64,000 bases of DNA from an uncultured Verrucomicrobiae bacterium (GCA_963813025.1 CAWEXO010000001.1:128001-192000); one strand, 5' to 3'; shown: positions 1-9,852, numbered from the stretch's first letter. Made by a program: numbers and translations. Notes: generated by a model from the letters alone, not told the origin.

Positions 1-10
1 TTTTCCCGTC

Positions 11-1282
11 TTGATCGAGGCCGGGACAAAGATTGACCAGGAGGTAATTCTACAGATACAGCCGACCAGCGCGATCGCCGATGTCCCGAACGCACCCGGC
101 GAGATTCGCCTGGACCAAATAAGAGCGAAGCTGGCGATGCCTGCCGTGGGACTAGGCATGGCGAGTCACGGGCAGCCCTTGAGCGACCTCCAACTCGATC
201 GGCTCCGGCGATTGTCGCTCGATCACCTGCGGGTGGATCTGCCGTTGGCCCGCGAAGATTGGCTGAACCGCTACGAGGAAGCGCGCGAGGCGGCGTCTGC
301 CCTGAACGCCGGACTGCAGACAGCGATCTTTCTCTCCGACCAGGCGGAGGCCGAGCTGATCCGATTTCGACAATCCGTTGACCTGTCCTCGATCCGTTCC
401 TGTTTGATCTTTCATGAAAAGGAAAGCGCGACTTCTCCGCGCTGGTTGGAGCTAGCGGAGCGAATGTTAGGAGATTTCCCACTGGTTGCCGGAACCAATG
501 CCTACTTCACTGAGTTGAACCGGCAGCATCCTCCAGAACGTTTCGCCGTCACTTTTTCCATCAATCCACAAGTACACGCTTTCGATGATCTCAGCCTGAT
601 GGAGAATCTCGAAGGCCAACCGGCGGTGGTGAACAGCGCGCGCCAATTTTGTACGGGCGGCGTTTTTGTGACCCCGATCACCTTGCGACCACGGTTTAAC
701 CCAAACGCCACCAGCGGAACGGTCGAACTTCCTGACCACCTTCCTTCCAGTGTGGACCCGCGACAGCGAACTCTGTTTGGGGCGTGCTGGACAGCGGGTT
801 CTCTGGCTGCCCTGCTTCCCTGCGATGGAGTGGCCAGCCTTACCTATTTTGAAACGACTGGCTGGCGCGGCCTGATGGAAACGAGCCAGGGCTCGCCGCT
901 GCAGGCCAAGTTCGGGTCGGCGCCGGACGAAGTTTTTCCGATCTATTACCTCTTCGAATTTTTAGCCGGAGCAACCACTGTGCTGCGCCTTGCCAGTCCA
1001 CCGTCCGAGGGAATTTCCGCTCTGGCCGTTGAACGTGCGGACGGCTCTACCCGATACATTGTGGCAAATCTTGAATCCCGCGACAAGCGGATCGTTTGCC
1101 ATTTGCCTGCCGAAAGCGCTGCCGCAGTTTACCTCGGTCTTGATCAAATCGATCTACTTCGTCGCGGATTATTGCCCGAAGCGGAGCGGCGTTCGTTCCC
1201 TGACGGAATCTTGAGCTTGGAGCTCCCGGCCCTATCGGTCGCGCTACTGCAAGCTGACCCGCGAGAACCACCCAAGAGCTGA
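11..1282 (+). CDS. apnL: D-apionate lactonase (ApnL)-like protein, C-terminal part; probably starts upstream of the window
   Basis: Motifs GTNAYFTELNR, SINPQVHAFDDLSLMENLEGQ, PITLRPRFNP, DPRQRTLFGACWT and TYFETTGWRG; lies near apnO/oiaC-like genes. Confidence 0.7.
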   Translation: MIEAGTKIDQEVILQIQPTSAIADVPNAPGEIRLDQIRAKLAMPAVGLGMASHGQPLSDLQLDRLRRLSLDHLRVDLPLAREDWLNRYEEAREAASALNAGLQTAIFLSDQAEAELIRFRQSVDLSSIRSCLIFHEKESATSPRWLELAERMLGDFPLVAGTNAYFTELNRQHPPERFAVTFSINPQVHAFDDLSLMENLEGQPAVVNSARQFCTGGVFVTPITLRPRFNPNATSGTVELPDHLPSSVDPRQRTLFGACWTAGSLAALLPCDGVASLTYFETTGWRGLMETSQGSPLQAKFGSAPDEVFPIYYLFEFLAGATTVLRLASPPSEGISALAVERADGSTRYIVANLESRDKRIVCHLPAESAAAVYLGLDQIDLLRRGLLPEAERRSFPDGILSLELPALSVALLQADPREPPKS

Positions 1283-1509
1283 AGCAACGAACTCGTTAGA
1301 AGCCAGAAGATTCCGAAACAGACATCGCGCCCCTACCTAAAGCATTTCTCAAAATGGATGGATTCCAACAAACTGTTTCGAAATCTTCTCGCAAAAAAAG
1401 TCAGCAGAATTCTCCGGCGCAGCCGGAAGATTCTGCTGCCGCAGCCTGCGTCGTTCGCAAACCGTTTACTATTTGCGAGCGACGCAGGCTATGGGATGTC
1501 GCGACCGGG

Positions 1510-2439
1510 ATGCGATTCGAGCCGCACCGAATCCGCTTGGATGCAACCGGCCGTTACGACGAGGCGCTTGATCGCGAGTTCCCGTTTGTCGTCCGCTTGT
1601 TTCACTTTCGGCACAAGGATTACACCCCAGGGTTGACTTGGCACGAGCGGCTCGAGCTTTTCCTCCCGCTGGATGGAATCACCCGGATGCGGATGGGAGA
1701 ACAAGTCGTCGAACTGGAGCCAGGCGAGTTACTGATCGTTGACAACCTCCGCCTCCACATGACACTCGATTATCCGGGGTTCGATTCGCGGGTTATAGTG
1801 GTCAGTTTCCTGCCCGAATTCGTCTACAGCTTGGGCTCGCCTTCCCACGATTATTTTTTCCTACTGCCCTTTTACTTTCGGGCCATCGACCGAGCACATG
1901 TTGTTCGCCGGAGTTCCCCTCTTTTGTCGCAGATGCACGATGCGATTGCCCAGCTGTTACAGTGTTATTTTCAGCGCCCGGTTTACTTTCAGGCCGGCTG
2001 CAAGGCGCACTTGCTCCAGCTGCTTTACCTGCTTGCCCAGCAGTTCCGATCCGCCGAGTACCTCCGTTCAGAACTCATTCGCCAACAGGAACGCTCCTCC
2101 CGGCTGCGGCCGATTTTTGAACATGTGTCGCACAATTTTACAGAAAACCTGACCCTCAAACAGGCCGCAACCATGGTCAACATGAGCCTGCCGCAATTCA
2201 TCAAACTGTTCAAACGAGTCGCCGGAATGACTTTTGTGAGCTACGTAACGCATGTCCGGCTCTCCCACGCACTCCGTTTGCTGAAAGAGAGTTCCTACAC
2301 CATCGCGGAGGTGGCAAGTCGCACCGGATTTTCGGATCAAAGCTATTTTGATCGCCGATTCAAAGCCGCCTTCGGCCAGGTGCCCAGTTCTTTTCGCCGC
2401 TCCGGACGTATCCGTCGAAGCTTTAGCGAACGCGCCTGA
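1510..2439 (+). CDS. AraC family transcriptional regulator (cupin + HTH); ORF is open from 1354, likely start ATG 1510
   Basis: WHERLELF cupin motif; C-terminal IAEVASRTGFSDQSYFDRRFKAAFGQVPSSFR. Confidence 0.9.
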   Translation: MRFEPHRIRLDATGRYDEALDREFPFVVRLFHFRHKDYTPGLTWHERLELFLPLDGITRMRMGEQVVELEPGELLIVDNLRLHMTLDYPGFDSRVIVVSFLPEFVYSLGSPSHDYFFLLPFYFRAIDRAHVVRRSSPLLSQMHDAIAQLLQCYFQRPVYFQAGCKAHLLQLLYLLAQQFRSAEYLRSELIRQQERSSRLRPIFEHVSHNFTENLTLKQAATMVNMSLPQFIKLFKRVAGMTFVSYVTHVRLSHALRLLKESSYTIAEVASRTGFSDQSYFDRRFKAAFGQVPSSFRRSGRIRRSFSERA

Positions 2440-2442
2440 GAG

Positions 2443-2766
2443 TCACTCCCACTTCCCGAGCAGGGAATTACGCGTGGGTTCGCTGAACCTGGCCAACTCT
2501 TCATCGGTGATTACTCCGAGGTTCATAATAATGCTTATCTGTAGTTCTGCGGTAGAACGTCGAAAGTCATTGAAAGCCGCACCCAATTCCTTGTCTTTAT
2601 CGTGCATGAACCGGTAAGCCTTCAGATAGCGCTCGTGAGAGCTCCATCCTGGCCGCGCTAGCAAGCGCTTCATCTCTTCATTCACGCTCGTGCAATACCG
2701 ATCGAGCCAAATCTTGTAGAATTGACGAAAGACTTTCCAGTCGGCTTCTGGAATCGGTTTCCACAT
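2443..2766 (-). CDS. Small conserved-looking hypothetical helical protein
   Basis: 107-aa protein-like ORF (IPEADWKVFR...HERYLKAY...DKELGAAFNDFRRS...ITDEELARFS) filling the gap between genes. Confidence 0.65.
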   Translation of the reverse strand: MWKPIPEADWKVFRQFYKIWLDRYCTSVNEEMKRLLARPGWSSHERYLKAYRFMHDKDKELGAAFNDFRRSTAELQISIIMNLGVITDEELARFSEPTRNSLLGKWE

Positions 2767-2932
2767 GATGCAAAGTGTTTCCCAAAATGGCCAAGGTGCA
2801 AACGAGTTCTTTTGTCGGATTGCACCAATGCACTGGTAGCAACGCATTTCTATAGGGGTAAAAATCGTCCAAAAGAAAGATCAAACCCTTCTAGCCGAAG
2901 TTTCTGGGCAACAGCTACGTTGCCAGCCGTCT

Positions 2933-3298
2933 GTGACCCCCCTGCGCATTGCTGTCGTCGGCTGCGGTTTCTGGAGTCGTTTCCAGATTCCGGCTTGGCG
3001 CGAGATTGCCGGAATCGAGTGCGCCGGAGAAGACGTCGCGACCGTTTTCCTGAAGATGAGGAATGGAACTACGGTGACCTGCAATCTAAGCTTCGCCAGC
3101 CGGCTCGAGCTCGAACGATTCCCGGAAACCGTTATCCTGGTTGAGTGCAACCGAGGTTCCGTGGAGTTGGCCCCGAGTGCTGGATTCGGACGACCGGCCG
3201 AGACAACGGGAGAAGATAACCTGCGAACGCTTCAGCTCGTGTTTGCGGCATACGCCAGCGCGCGGTTCGGCGAAGTAGTCAAACTGGCTGACGGATGA
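2933..3298 (+). pseudogene. Gfo/Idh/MocA oxidoreductase (D-apiose dehydrogenase ApsD-like) with in-frame internal deletions
   Basis: N-terminal Rossmann LRIAVVGCGFWSRFQIPAW joined directly to C-terminal GEDVATVFL...RFPETVILVE.GSVEL and ETTGEDNLRTLQLVFAAYASA; 121 aa versus ~340 expected; EKP motif missing. Confidence 0.75.
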
Positions 3299-3318
3299 TT
3301 TCAAAAGAAATGTAAACC

Positions 3319-4155
3319 ATGAATATCACCTTACTTGGCGCCGGGGGAAAGATGGGTGGACGGCTGACCGCTAATCTTCGGCCCAGACCGGAGTACAAAA
3401 TCGATTATGTTGAGATCAGCGAGATCGCAAGGAAACGGCTGGCGGAGCAACAGATCCAAGCCACCGAGCTCTCCGAGGCGGTCAGGCGGACCGAAGTTCT
3501 CATCCTGGCGATTCCTGATTCCGCGATTGGAAAGGTAACTCAGGAGCTCATCCCTCAGCTGCGCCCTGGTACCATGGTCTTTGGGCTGGACCCGGCCGCT
3601 GCCTACGCCGGAGTCATTCCGATTCGCGAAGATCTTTCCTACTTCGTTGCCCATCCGTGCCATCCGCCCTTGTTTACGGACCGAGACCCGGCTGGACCTG
3701 ACTCAGATTGGTTTGGCGGCCGAGGGACCCTTCCCCAAAGCGTTGTCTGTGCGCTGCATCACGGTCCGGAAAAGGATTACGCCATTGGGGAGAGGCTGGC
3801 GGCCCACATGTTCGCTCCCATCCTCCGACTTCACCGGATTACGGTCGAACAGATGGCAATCCTGGAGCCTGCGGTGGTGGAGTCCACTATGCTGACCTGT
3901 GTCACGATTATGAAACAGGCCATGGAAGAAGCCGTGCAATACGGAGTCCCCCGCGAGGCCGCCTGGGATTTCTGTCTCGGTCACATTCGCACCGAACTGG
4001 CAATCGTCTTCGGGTTCGCGGGTTTCCCAGTGTCAGATGGCGCTAAGCGCGCAGTTGAGCAAAACATGAAACGAATTTTTCGAGAGGATTGGCGCGACGT
4101 CATTTCGATTCCTGCCCTTCGCGAGAGCGTGCGGGATATCTGTAACGCGGCATGA
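3319..4155 (+). CDS. apnO: D-apionate oxidoisomerase
   Basis: GAGGKMG Rossmann motif; LDPAAAYAG, HPCHPPLF, Q-VVCAL-GPE, HRITVEQMAILEP, DFCLGH. Confidence 0.8.
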   Translation: MNITLLGAGGKMGGRLTANLRPRPEYKIDYVEISEIARKRLAEQQIQATELSEAVRRTEVLILAIPDSAIGKVTQELIPQLRPGTMVFGLDPAAAYAGVIPIREDLSYFVAHPCHPPLFTDRDPAGPDSDWFGGRGTLPQSVVCALHHGPEKDYAIGERLAAHMFAPILRLHRITVEQMAILEPAVVESTMLTCVTIMKQAMEEAVQYGVPREAAWDFCLGHIRTELAIVFGFAGFPVSDGAKRAVEQNMKRIFREDWRDVISIPALRESVRDICNAA

Positions 4156-5006
4156 CGACAATCGGACCCACCGGCGGAAAAATCGGCATTGGTTCATGGA
4201 CTTATCCATGGGCGGTCGGAACAATTCCGGAGCGCCGGCCGGAGACACCGCTCAAGCCTATCGATTTGGTCCACCGAGCACACGCGCTCGGTGTCGGGGT
4301 AGTCCAGATCCTCGACAACTTGCCGATGGACCGACTATCGCGGGCTGAACTGGATGAGCTACGTCGAGCCGCTGAGGATTGTTCGGTTGATCTGCAGATC
4401 GGCACTCGCGGCGTCGAACCAGATCATCTCCGTCGCTACCTGGAGATAGCTTGCCGGGTAGGGTCTCGCCTGGTTCGAACGATGGGAGGCTGGAACGGAA
4501 AACCGGCGCCGCTGCCGATCATGGAGCAAAGCCTGCGAGATGTACTCCCGGACTTTGGCGACGCTGCTGTGCTGTTGGCCTTGGAGAATTACGAAGCTTA
4601 TCGCACGAGCGATCTGGCCAATCTGGTTCGCGCGATCAATCATCCTTTTCTGGGTATTTGTTTTGACCTGACGAATTCGCTAGGCGCCCTGGAGAACATA
4701 GAGGAGATTCTGCAGAATTTGCTCCCTTTGGCCGTCAACGTGCATCTGAAAGAATTTACGATTGAACGGATGGCTCACCTGATGGGGTTCGCTTTTACGG
4801 GCCGGCCGACGGGGCAAGGCCGATTGCCGCTCGACCGTATTTTCGCCGAGTTGCGCCGTCTCGATCGCCGCCCCGATGTTATCATTGAGCTCTGGACACC
4901 ATTCTCGCAATCACTGTCCGAGACGCTCACTCTGGAAGAGAGCTGGGCGAAACAAAGTGTTACTTACCTAAAAGGTTTACCACGGTTCGAAGACATCGTT
5001 TCCTGA
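4152..5006 (+). CDS. Xylose-isomerase-like TIM barrel; probable 3-oxo-isoapionate decarboxylase (OiaC-like)
   Basis: GIGSWTYPWA, IGTRG, LALENYE, GICFDLTN, VHLKEF and IIELW motifs; ATGA overlap with apnO. Confidence 0.65.
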   Translation: MTTIGPTGGKIGIGSWTYPWAVGTIPERRPETPLKPIDLVHRAHALGVGVVQILDNLPMDRLSRAELDELRRAAEDCSVDLQIGTRGVEPDHLRRYLEIACRVGSRLVRTMGGWNGKPAPLPIMEQSLRDVLPDFGDAAVLLALENYEAYRTSDLANLVRAINHPFLGICFDLTNSLGALENIEEILQNLLPLAVNVHLKEFTIERMAHLMGFAFTGRPTGQGRLPLDRIFAELRRLDRRPDVIIELWTPFSQSLSETLTLEESWAKQSVTYLKGLPRFEDIVS

Positions 5007-5040
5007 GTTCCGATAGCCAATATCCGATGACTGATGACTG

Positions 5041-5112
5041 ACTCCTGCAACTCCTGTAACTCCTGTAACTCCTGTAACTCCTGTAACTCCTGTAACTCCT
5101 GTAACTCCTGCA
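5041..5112. repeat. 9-bp tandem repeat (ACTCCTGYA)x8, preceded by a short GATGACT heptamer run
   Basis: Read directly from the sequence. Confidence 0.95.
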
Positions 5113-5127
5113 ACTGCTCCCTCCCCC

Positions 5128-5970
5128 ATGTCTCCAACCAACACTCGTTCCCGCGTCCTCGCCATGCGCTGTCTCCGATCCGCGCCCGGCGCCTTTTGCG
5201 ATTATCATTCACATCCTTACCCGGAGTTCACGTTAGTAACTGACGATTCCACGTTAAACGGATGCGCCAGTGGAAAATTAACGTCGCTGCCAAACACGCT
5301 GTACCTTTTCTTGCCCGGAGAACCGCATGGGCACTGGAATTCAAGCCGCCAAACCCCGCGATTCTGGGTAATTCACTTCATTACACCGCTCTGCCAACAG
5401 CTCAGCTACTTGTCGGAACCGGATTCCGCCGCCCGCATTTGGCGCCTGACCGCCGAACAAGCTTCCACTTTCAAGTGGTTGTTCATCAAATTATTTAACG
5501 AGCATACCCAGGCTCTGGCCAACAATCATTTGGGCGCTGAAGCCTGGCTGCAACTCCTGCTGGTTAACCTGGGACGCTGGGTGAAAGGCGATCACAACCA
5601 GGAAATGTTGCCGCAACAACCCGATAATGACGTGCTCCACCTCTGGCACCTGGTGAATGAGTGCATCGGCCGCTCGAACGAATTTGTTCATCAGATCAGC
5701 CGGGTTCCTAACTACGACTCGGTCCGGCATCGGTTCAAAAACGTTTTCGGAGTGTCGCCCACGCAATTACTGGCTCGGTTACGCATACACCGAGCCAGCG
5801 ATCTGCTGCTCGATACGTCTATGAGCATCAAGGAGATCTCCGATCAGCTGGGTTATGAGCGACAGCATGAGTTCGCACGTGCCTTTCGGCGGCATACCGG
5901 GCGGAGTCCTACCGACTGGAGGACTGAACCATTTGCCGAGGACGTGTCCTTCAGTTCCAGGAATGGTTGA
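5128..5970 (+). CDS. AraC family transcriptional regulator
   Basis: HSHPYPEF and LPGEPHGH cupin motifs; SIKEISDQLGYERQHEFARAFRRHTGRSPTDWR. Confidence 0.9.
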   Translation: MSPTNTRSRVLAMRCLRSAPGAFCDYHSHPYPEFTLVTDDSTLNGCASGKLTSLPNTLYLFLPGEPHGHWNSSRQTPRFWVIHFITPLCQQLSYLSEPDSAARIWRLTAEQASTFKWLFIKLFNEHTQALANNHLGAEAWLQLLLVNLGRWVKGDHNQEMLPQQPDNDVLHLWHLVNECIGRSNEFVHQISRVPNYDSVRHRFKNVFGVSPTQLLARLRIHRASDLLLDTSMSIKEISDQLGYERQHEFARAFRRHTGRSPTDWRTEPFAEDVSFSSRNG

Positions 5971-6082
5971 CTTTTCCGACCCAGCGACATGATTTTCCGG
6001 ACCGGCTAAAGCCCAGTACTCTCAACGACTTTAATTTTTGCTGAACGCGGCAGTGCAAATAGCCAGCCGCGGTTCGAACATC

Positions 6083-7006
6083 ATGAGAACAGCTATTCTG
6101 GGGGCCGGAGCGATGGGCAGCGTCATTGGCGGACTTTTGGCGCAAGCGGGCGATGATGTCGTCTTAATCGATGTAGCCCAGCCGCTCGTCGACGCGATCC
6201 GGGCGAACGGGTTGACTCTCCAAAACAAAGACGGCCGGCAAACCACAGTGCGGATCTCTGCGACCACCGATCTTGCCGCGGTCGGTCCCGTTGATCTTCT
6301 GATCGTCTTTGTAAAATGTTACCACACGGAGGCCGCCGTCCGCAGCGCCGGGCCGCTCCTGAAAGCGGACACCATTGTTCTCTCGCTACAAAATGGTTGG
6401 GGAAATGCTCCCCGGATTGCGGCGATTGTCGGGGAAGAGCGGCTTCTGATCGGCGTTAGTTACCACAGCGCGACTGTGCTTGGTCCGGCAGCGGTGTTAC
6501 ATGGCGGTCACGGCCCAACATTCCTTGGAGAGATTAATGGATCAGTTAGTTCCCGGGCGGAAGCCGTTGCTCAATTTCTCTCTTCGGCCAGCATTAAAAC
6601 CCAGGCATCCGATGATGTGCTCAAAGAGATCTGGTCTAAACTGGCTTTGAATGTCGCCACTTTGCCGGCTTCGGCGCTGACCGGTCTGACCGCGGAAAAA
6701 TTGCTGGGGTCGCCGGAGATGCGCGAACTGATGCAGGTTCTTTTGCGTGAGGTAGTGGCGGTAGCAGGTTCGCAAAAAATTTCGCTCGGCTTCCAAGAAC
6801 GCTGGGAGGCGATCACCGGCTTACTCGGACGTTTGGCTCCAAATACAAAAGGCTCCATGTTTCAGGACGTCGAGCGCCGCCGCCGCACAGAAATTGATGT
6901 CATCAACGGCGCTGTGGTTGCCGTCGGCCAGGAGCAGAATATACCAACACCGGCCAACGAAGTGATGGTTCAGTTGATCAAAGCGTTGGAAACAACCTTC
7001 GGTTGA
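6083..7006 (+). CDS. Ketopantoate reductase (PanE/ApbA) family 2-oxoacid reductase
   Basis: ILGAGAMGS, VKCY, SLQNG, WSKLALN, SMFQD, RTEIDVING. Confidence 0.9.
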   Translation: MRTAILGAGAMGSVIGGLLAQAGDDVVLIDVAQPLVDAIRANGLTLQNKDGRQTTVRISATTDLAAVGPVDLLIVFVKCYHTEAAVRSAGPLLKADTIVLSLQNGWGNAPRIAAIVGEERLLIGVSYHSATVLGPAAVLHGGHGPTFLGEINGSVSSRAEAVAQFLSSASIKTQASDDVLKEIWSKLALNVATLPASALTGLTAEKLLGSPEMRELMQVLLREVVAVAGSQKISLGFQERWEAITGLLGRLAPNTKGSMFQDVERRRRTEIDVINGAVVAVGQEQNIPTPANEVMVQLIKALETTFG

Positions 7007-7047
7007 GCGATGACAAACGGGTTTAGTCACAAAGTCAATGCGTGTTC

Positions 7048-7205
7048 TGGAGTGCGTGCGACTTGTCGCCGCTTTGAGACCGCGCGGAGCGCGGCCCTTA
7101 ACCAAGGTAGTCTTTTGGTTAGCGAACTCGACACTTCGTGGTCCCGTCTTCGGCCTGACGCGCGCTCCGCGGATCCTAAAGCGGCGACAAGTCGCACGCA
7201 CTCCA
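7048..7205. repeat. REP-doublet-like palindrome with perfect 28-bp inverted arms
   Basis: TGGAGTGCGTGCGACTTGTCGCCGCTTT (7048-7075) and its exact reverse complement (7178-7205); inner arms CGCGGAGCGCG/CGCGCTCCGCG; a half copy occurs at 40090-40136. Confidence 0.9.
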
Positions 7206-7212
7206 TAACTCC

Positions 7213-7980
7213 ATGACTCCTACTATTCGTTTTTTCGGGGTAGCCGCTTACGAGTTGGTTAGTTCGACTGGCAAACGCATTCTGATTGACCCCTTTCTGG
7301 ACGATAATCCAGGCAGTCCGGTTGGCTCCACGGAGTTGGCAAACCCAGATCTCATCCTGGTCTCTCATGCCGCCTTCGATCACCTGGGAGATACCGAGCA
7401 GATCGCGCATCGGACGGGAGCGCCGGTCGTGTGTGGCGGCGAGGTCAAGGCATACCTGATGGCCAAGGGAATCGCACCGGAGCAGATCCGTGCCACGACC
7501 TGGGGAATTGCGGTTGAGGTGAATGGCATAAAGGTGCAACCGGTTGAATGCCACCACTGGTCGCAGATCAAAATGCCGGATGGAACTTTTGCCAGCGGCG
7601 TTCCGATGGCTTTCATCGTCGAACTCGCTCCGGACGTTCGGTTTTATCATTACGGCGATACCGCAATCTTTTCGGATCTGAAGCTTCAGGCCGAGCTTTA
7701 CCAGCCCACGATTGGTTGCATCGGGATCGCCAATCCGCTGGAGATTTTGCCGCGCAACCCGATGCCGGGTCGCATGATCAGCGCAGAGATGAATCCGCGA
7801 GAGGGGGCGCTAGCCGCCCAGTGGCTCGGCCTGCAGACAGTATTTCCCTGTCATTATGTCGATCCGAGTTGTCCCGAAATTAATGAGTTCCACGATCACC
7901 TTGCCCGGGCACAAGCCGGCGGAGCCACTGTTCCGGTCTCAGTCGTTCTCAAACCGGGGCAAACATTTGCGCTCAAATGA
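7213..7980 (+). CDS. Metallo-beta-lactamase-fold hydrolase (UPF0173/UlaG-like)
   Basis: ILIDPF, SHAAFDHLGD, YHYGDT, PCHY. Confidence 0.85.
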   Translation: MTPTIRFFGVAAYELVSSTGKRILIDPFLDDNPGSPVGSTELANPDLILVSHAAFDHLGDTEQIAHRTGAPVVCGGEVKAYLMAKGIAPEQIRATTWGIAVEVNGIKVQPVECHHWSQIKMPDGTFASGVPMAFIVELAPDVRFYHYGDTAIFSDLKLQAELYQPTIGCIGIANPLEILPRNPMPGRMISAEMNPREGALAAQWLGLQTVFPCHYVDPSCPEINEFHDHLARAQAGGATVPVSVVLKPGQTFALK

Positions 7981-9000
7981 AGGCCGCGATCTTCGATGCC
8001 CCTTTCCAAATGCATGTCGGATTCTGGGATAATCCGGAGCCGGGTCCTGGCGAGGTGGTTCTGGCCGTGGAAGCGGCCGGGATCTGCGCGGGCGATTTCT
8101 ATATCTACACCGGCAAGAACCCGTACACCCAGTATCCGTTGATCGGCGGTCACGAAGTTTGCGGCAGAGTAGTCAAATTCGGCTCCGCTGCGACCAGGTT
8201 TTCACACGGACAGCTGGTCGTGATCGAGCCATTTCTTGCCTGCGGGAAATGTTACCCCTGTCGCGTGGGTAAACCGAATTGCTGCGCGAACATGCGCATC
8301 ATCGGAGTGCATCAACCTGGCGGATACGCGGAGTTTGTCGTTGCACCAGAGACTCATCTGCACCCGGTGCCGACCGGCGTCTCCGCGCTCCGCGCTTCTT
8401 TTGCCGAGCCAATTACCATTGGGATCCATGCCTGCCGGCGGGGAGAGATTGCCAATCGCGACTATGTCCTGATTTTGGGCTGTGGACCTATCGGCCTGGC
8501 GATCATCGAGATAGCGCTGCTGCGAGGCGCGCGGGTCGTCGCCGCGGACGTGATCGAGTCGCGCCTAACGATGGCTGAAAGGCTGGGAGCGGAAACAATT
8601 TTTTCGGATGAGCACCTGCTGGAAAAAGCCCTGCAACAAACCAACGGAGAAGGCGCGTCGGTCGTGGTGGAAGCAACCGGGAATCTCAAGGTCATGGAAG
8701 CGACAGTCGATCTCGTCGCCGCCGGCGGGCGGATCGTGATCGTCGGGTTGGTGGCAAAAGGTTTGCAAGTCAGCTTCCCCGGACTCGATTTCACTCGCAA
8801 AGAACTGTCGATCCTGGGTTCCCGAACAGAAACAAATTGTTTTCCGGAAGCGCTCGCTTTGTTGGCCGGCCGCCGGATCAACTATCCGGATGTCGCCTCT
8901 GCCTTTGATCTCTGGTCCGCCCCCAGCGTGTTCGCGGAGATGTCCCAGGATCCCGGCAAAATCCACAAGGGAGTGCCTATGCGCTTCTACAGCTTCCTGA
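7977..9000 (+). CDS. Zinc-binding (MDR) sugar/polyol dehydrogenase; reads into the next gene unless a +1 base near 8976 is removed
   Basis: GICAGD, GHE, CGKCYPCRVGKPNCC, GCGPIG; removing one C at 8976-8977 gives the C-terminus KGVLCASTAS* ending at 9000. Confidence 0.85.
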
Positions 9001-9852
9001 TCAAGGAGACACCTCACTACGGGGTCGAACTTCCCGGCGGCAAACAGGTGCTGGATCTGACCGCGGCCCATGGTCTGCCGCGTACTCTGCTCGAATTTGT
9101 CGCGAACTCTCCGGATACAAGCCGCATGGCGGCTGAACTAATTCACCGGCGCCGGGCAAGTGACCATGCTCATTTTCTTGATGAAGTGGAGCTCCTTGGG
9201 CCAATTTCGCGACCAGGAAAAATCCTCTGTTCCGGAATCAACTACCGCTCCCATCAACAGGAAAATCCCGAGAGCGGTGTTGCCGGATGAGCCTTTCTTT
9301 TTTGCGAAGCTTCCGTCTACCGTGATTGGGTCCGGGCAACCGATTATCTTACCGCGGCGCTCACGGGAAGTGGACTACGAGATCGAGTTCGCGGTCGTGA
9401 TCGGGAAGACGATGGCCGCGGTACCTAAAACCGCGGTCATGGAGCATATCTTCGGCTATACGATCCTCGACGACGTCTCAGCCCGAGACGTTCAGTTTCG
9501 TAACAACCAGATCACGCTGGGTAAGAATTTCGACACGTTCTGTCCGCTTGGTCCGTGCATCGTTTCGGCAGACGAAATCATTCATCCTGACCAGATCGGG
9601 CTGCGGACATTGCTGAACGGGAAAGTGATGCAGGACGGCTCAACGGCAGATTGGTTGTTCAGTCTGCCGCAATTGCTCAGCTTTCTGTCCGAAACAATTA
9701 CCCTGGAACCTGGAGATATCGTTAGTACGGGTACCCCGGCCGGCGTCGGCGCATTTCGTCATCCGCCGGTTTTTTTGCGGCCCGGCGACGTTGTCCGGTT
9801 GGAAGCCGACCAGATCGGGGTTCTTGAGAATGCCGTGGAGCAGGCCCGATGA
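8979..9852 (+). CDS. Fumarylacetoacetate hydrolase family protein, +1 frameshift near 9268
   Basis: GGAG RBS before ATG 8979; PGKILCSGINYRSH, then in the next frame PFFFAK, VDYEIE, DDVSARD, GKNFDTFCPLGP, TGTPAGVG. Confidence 0.85.

Noticed and set aside
4960..5243. ORFs with (SCN)n, (ELQ)n, (VTG)n and (SYR)n repeats, resembling a Cys-rich RiPP or metallothionein
   Set aside because: They are translations of the 9-bp DNA repeat, which recurs in non-coding contexts; no modifying enzymes are nearby
7977..9290. Apparent Zn-dehydrogenase/FAH fusion protein
   Set aside because: Deleting one C at 8976-8977 gives a normal KGVL...stop ending, and the FAH ATG has its own RBS; probably an indel artefact
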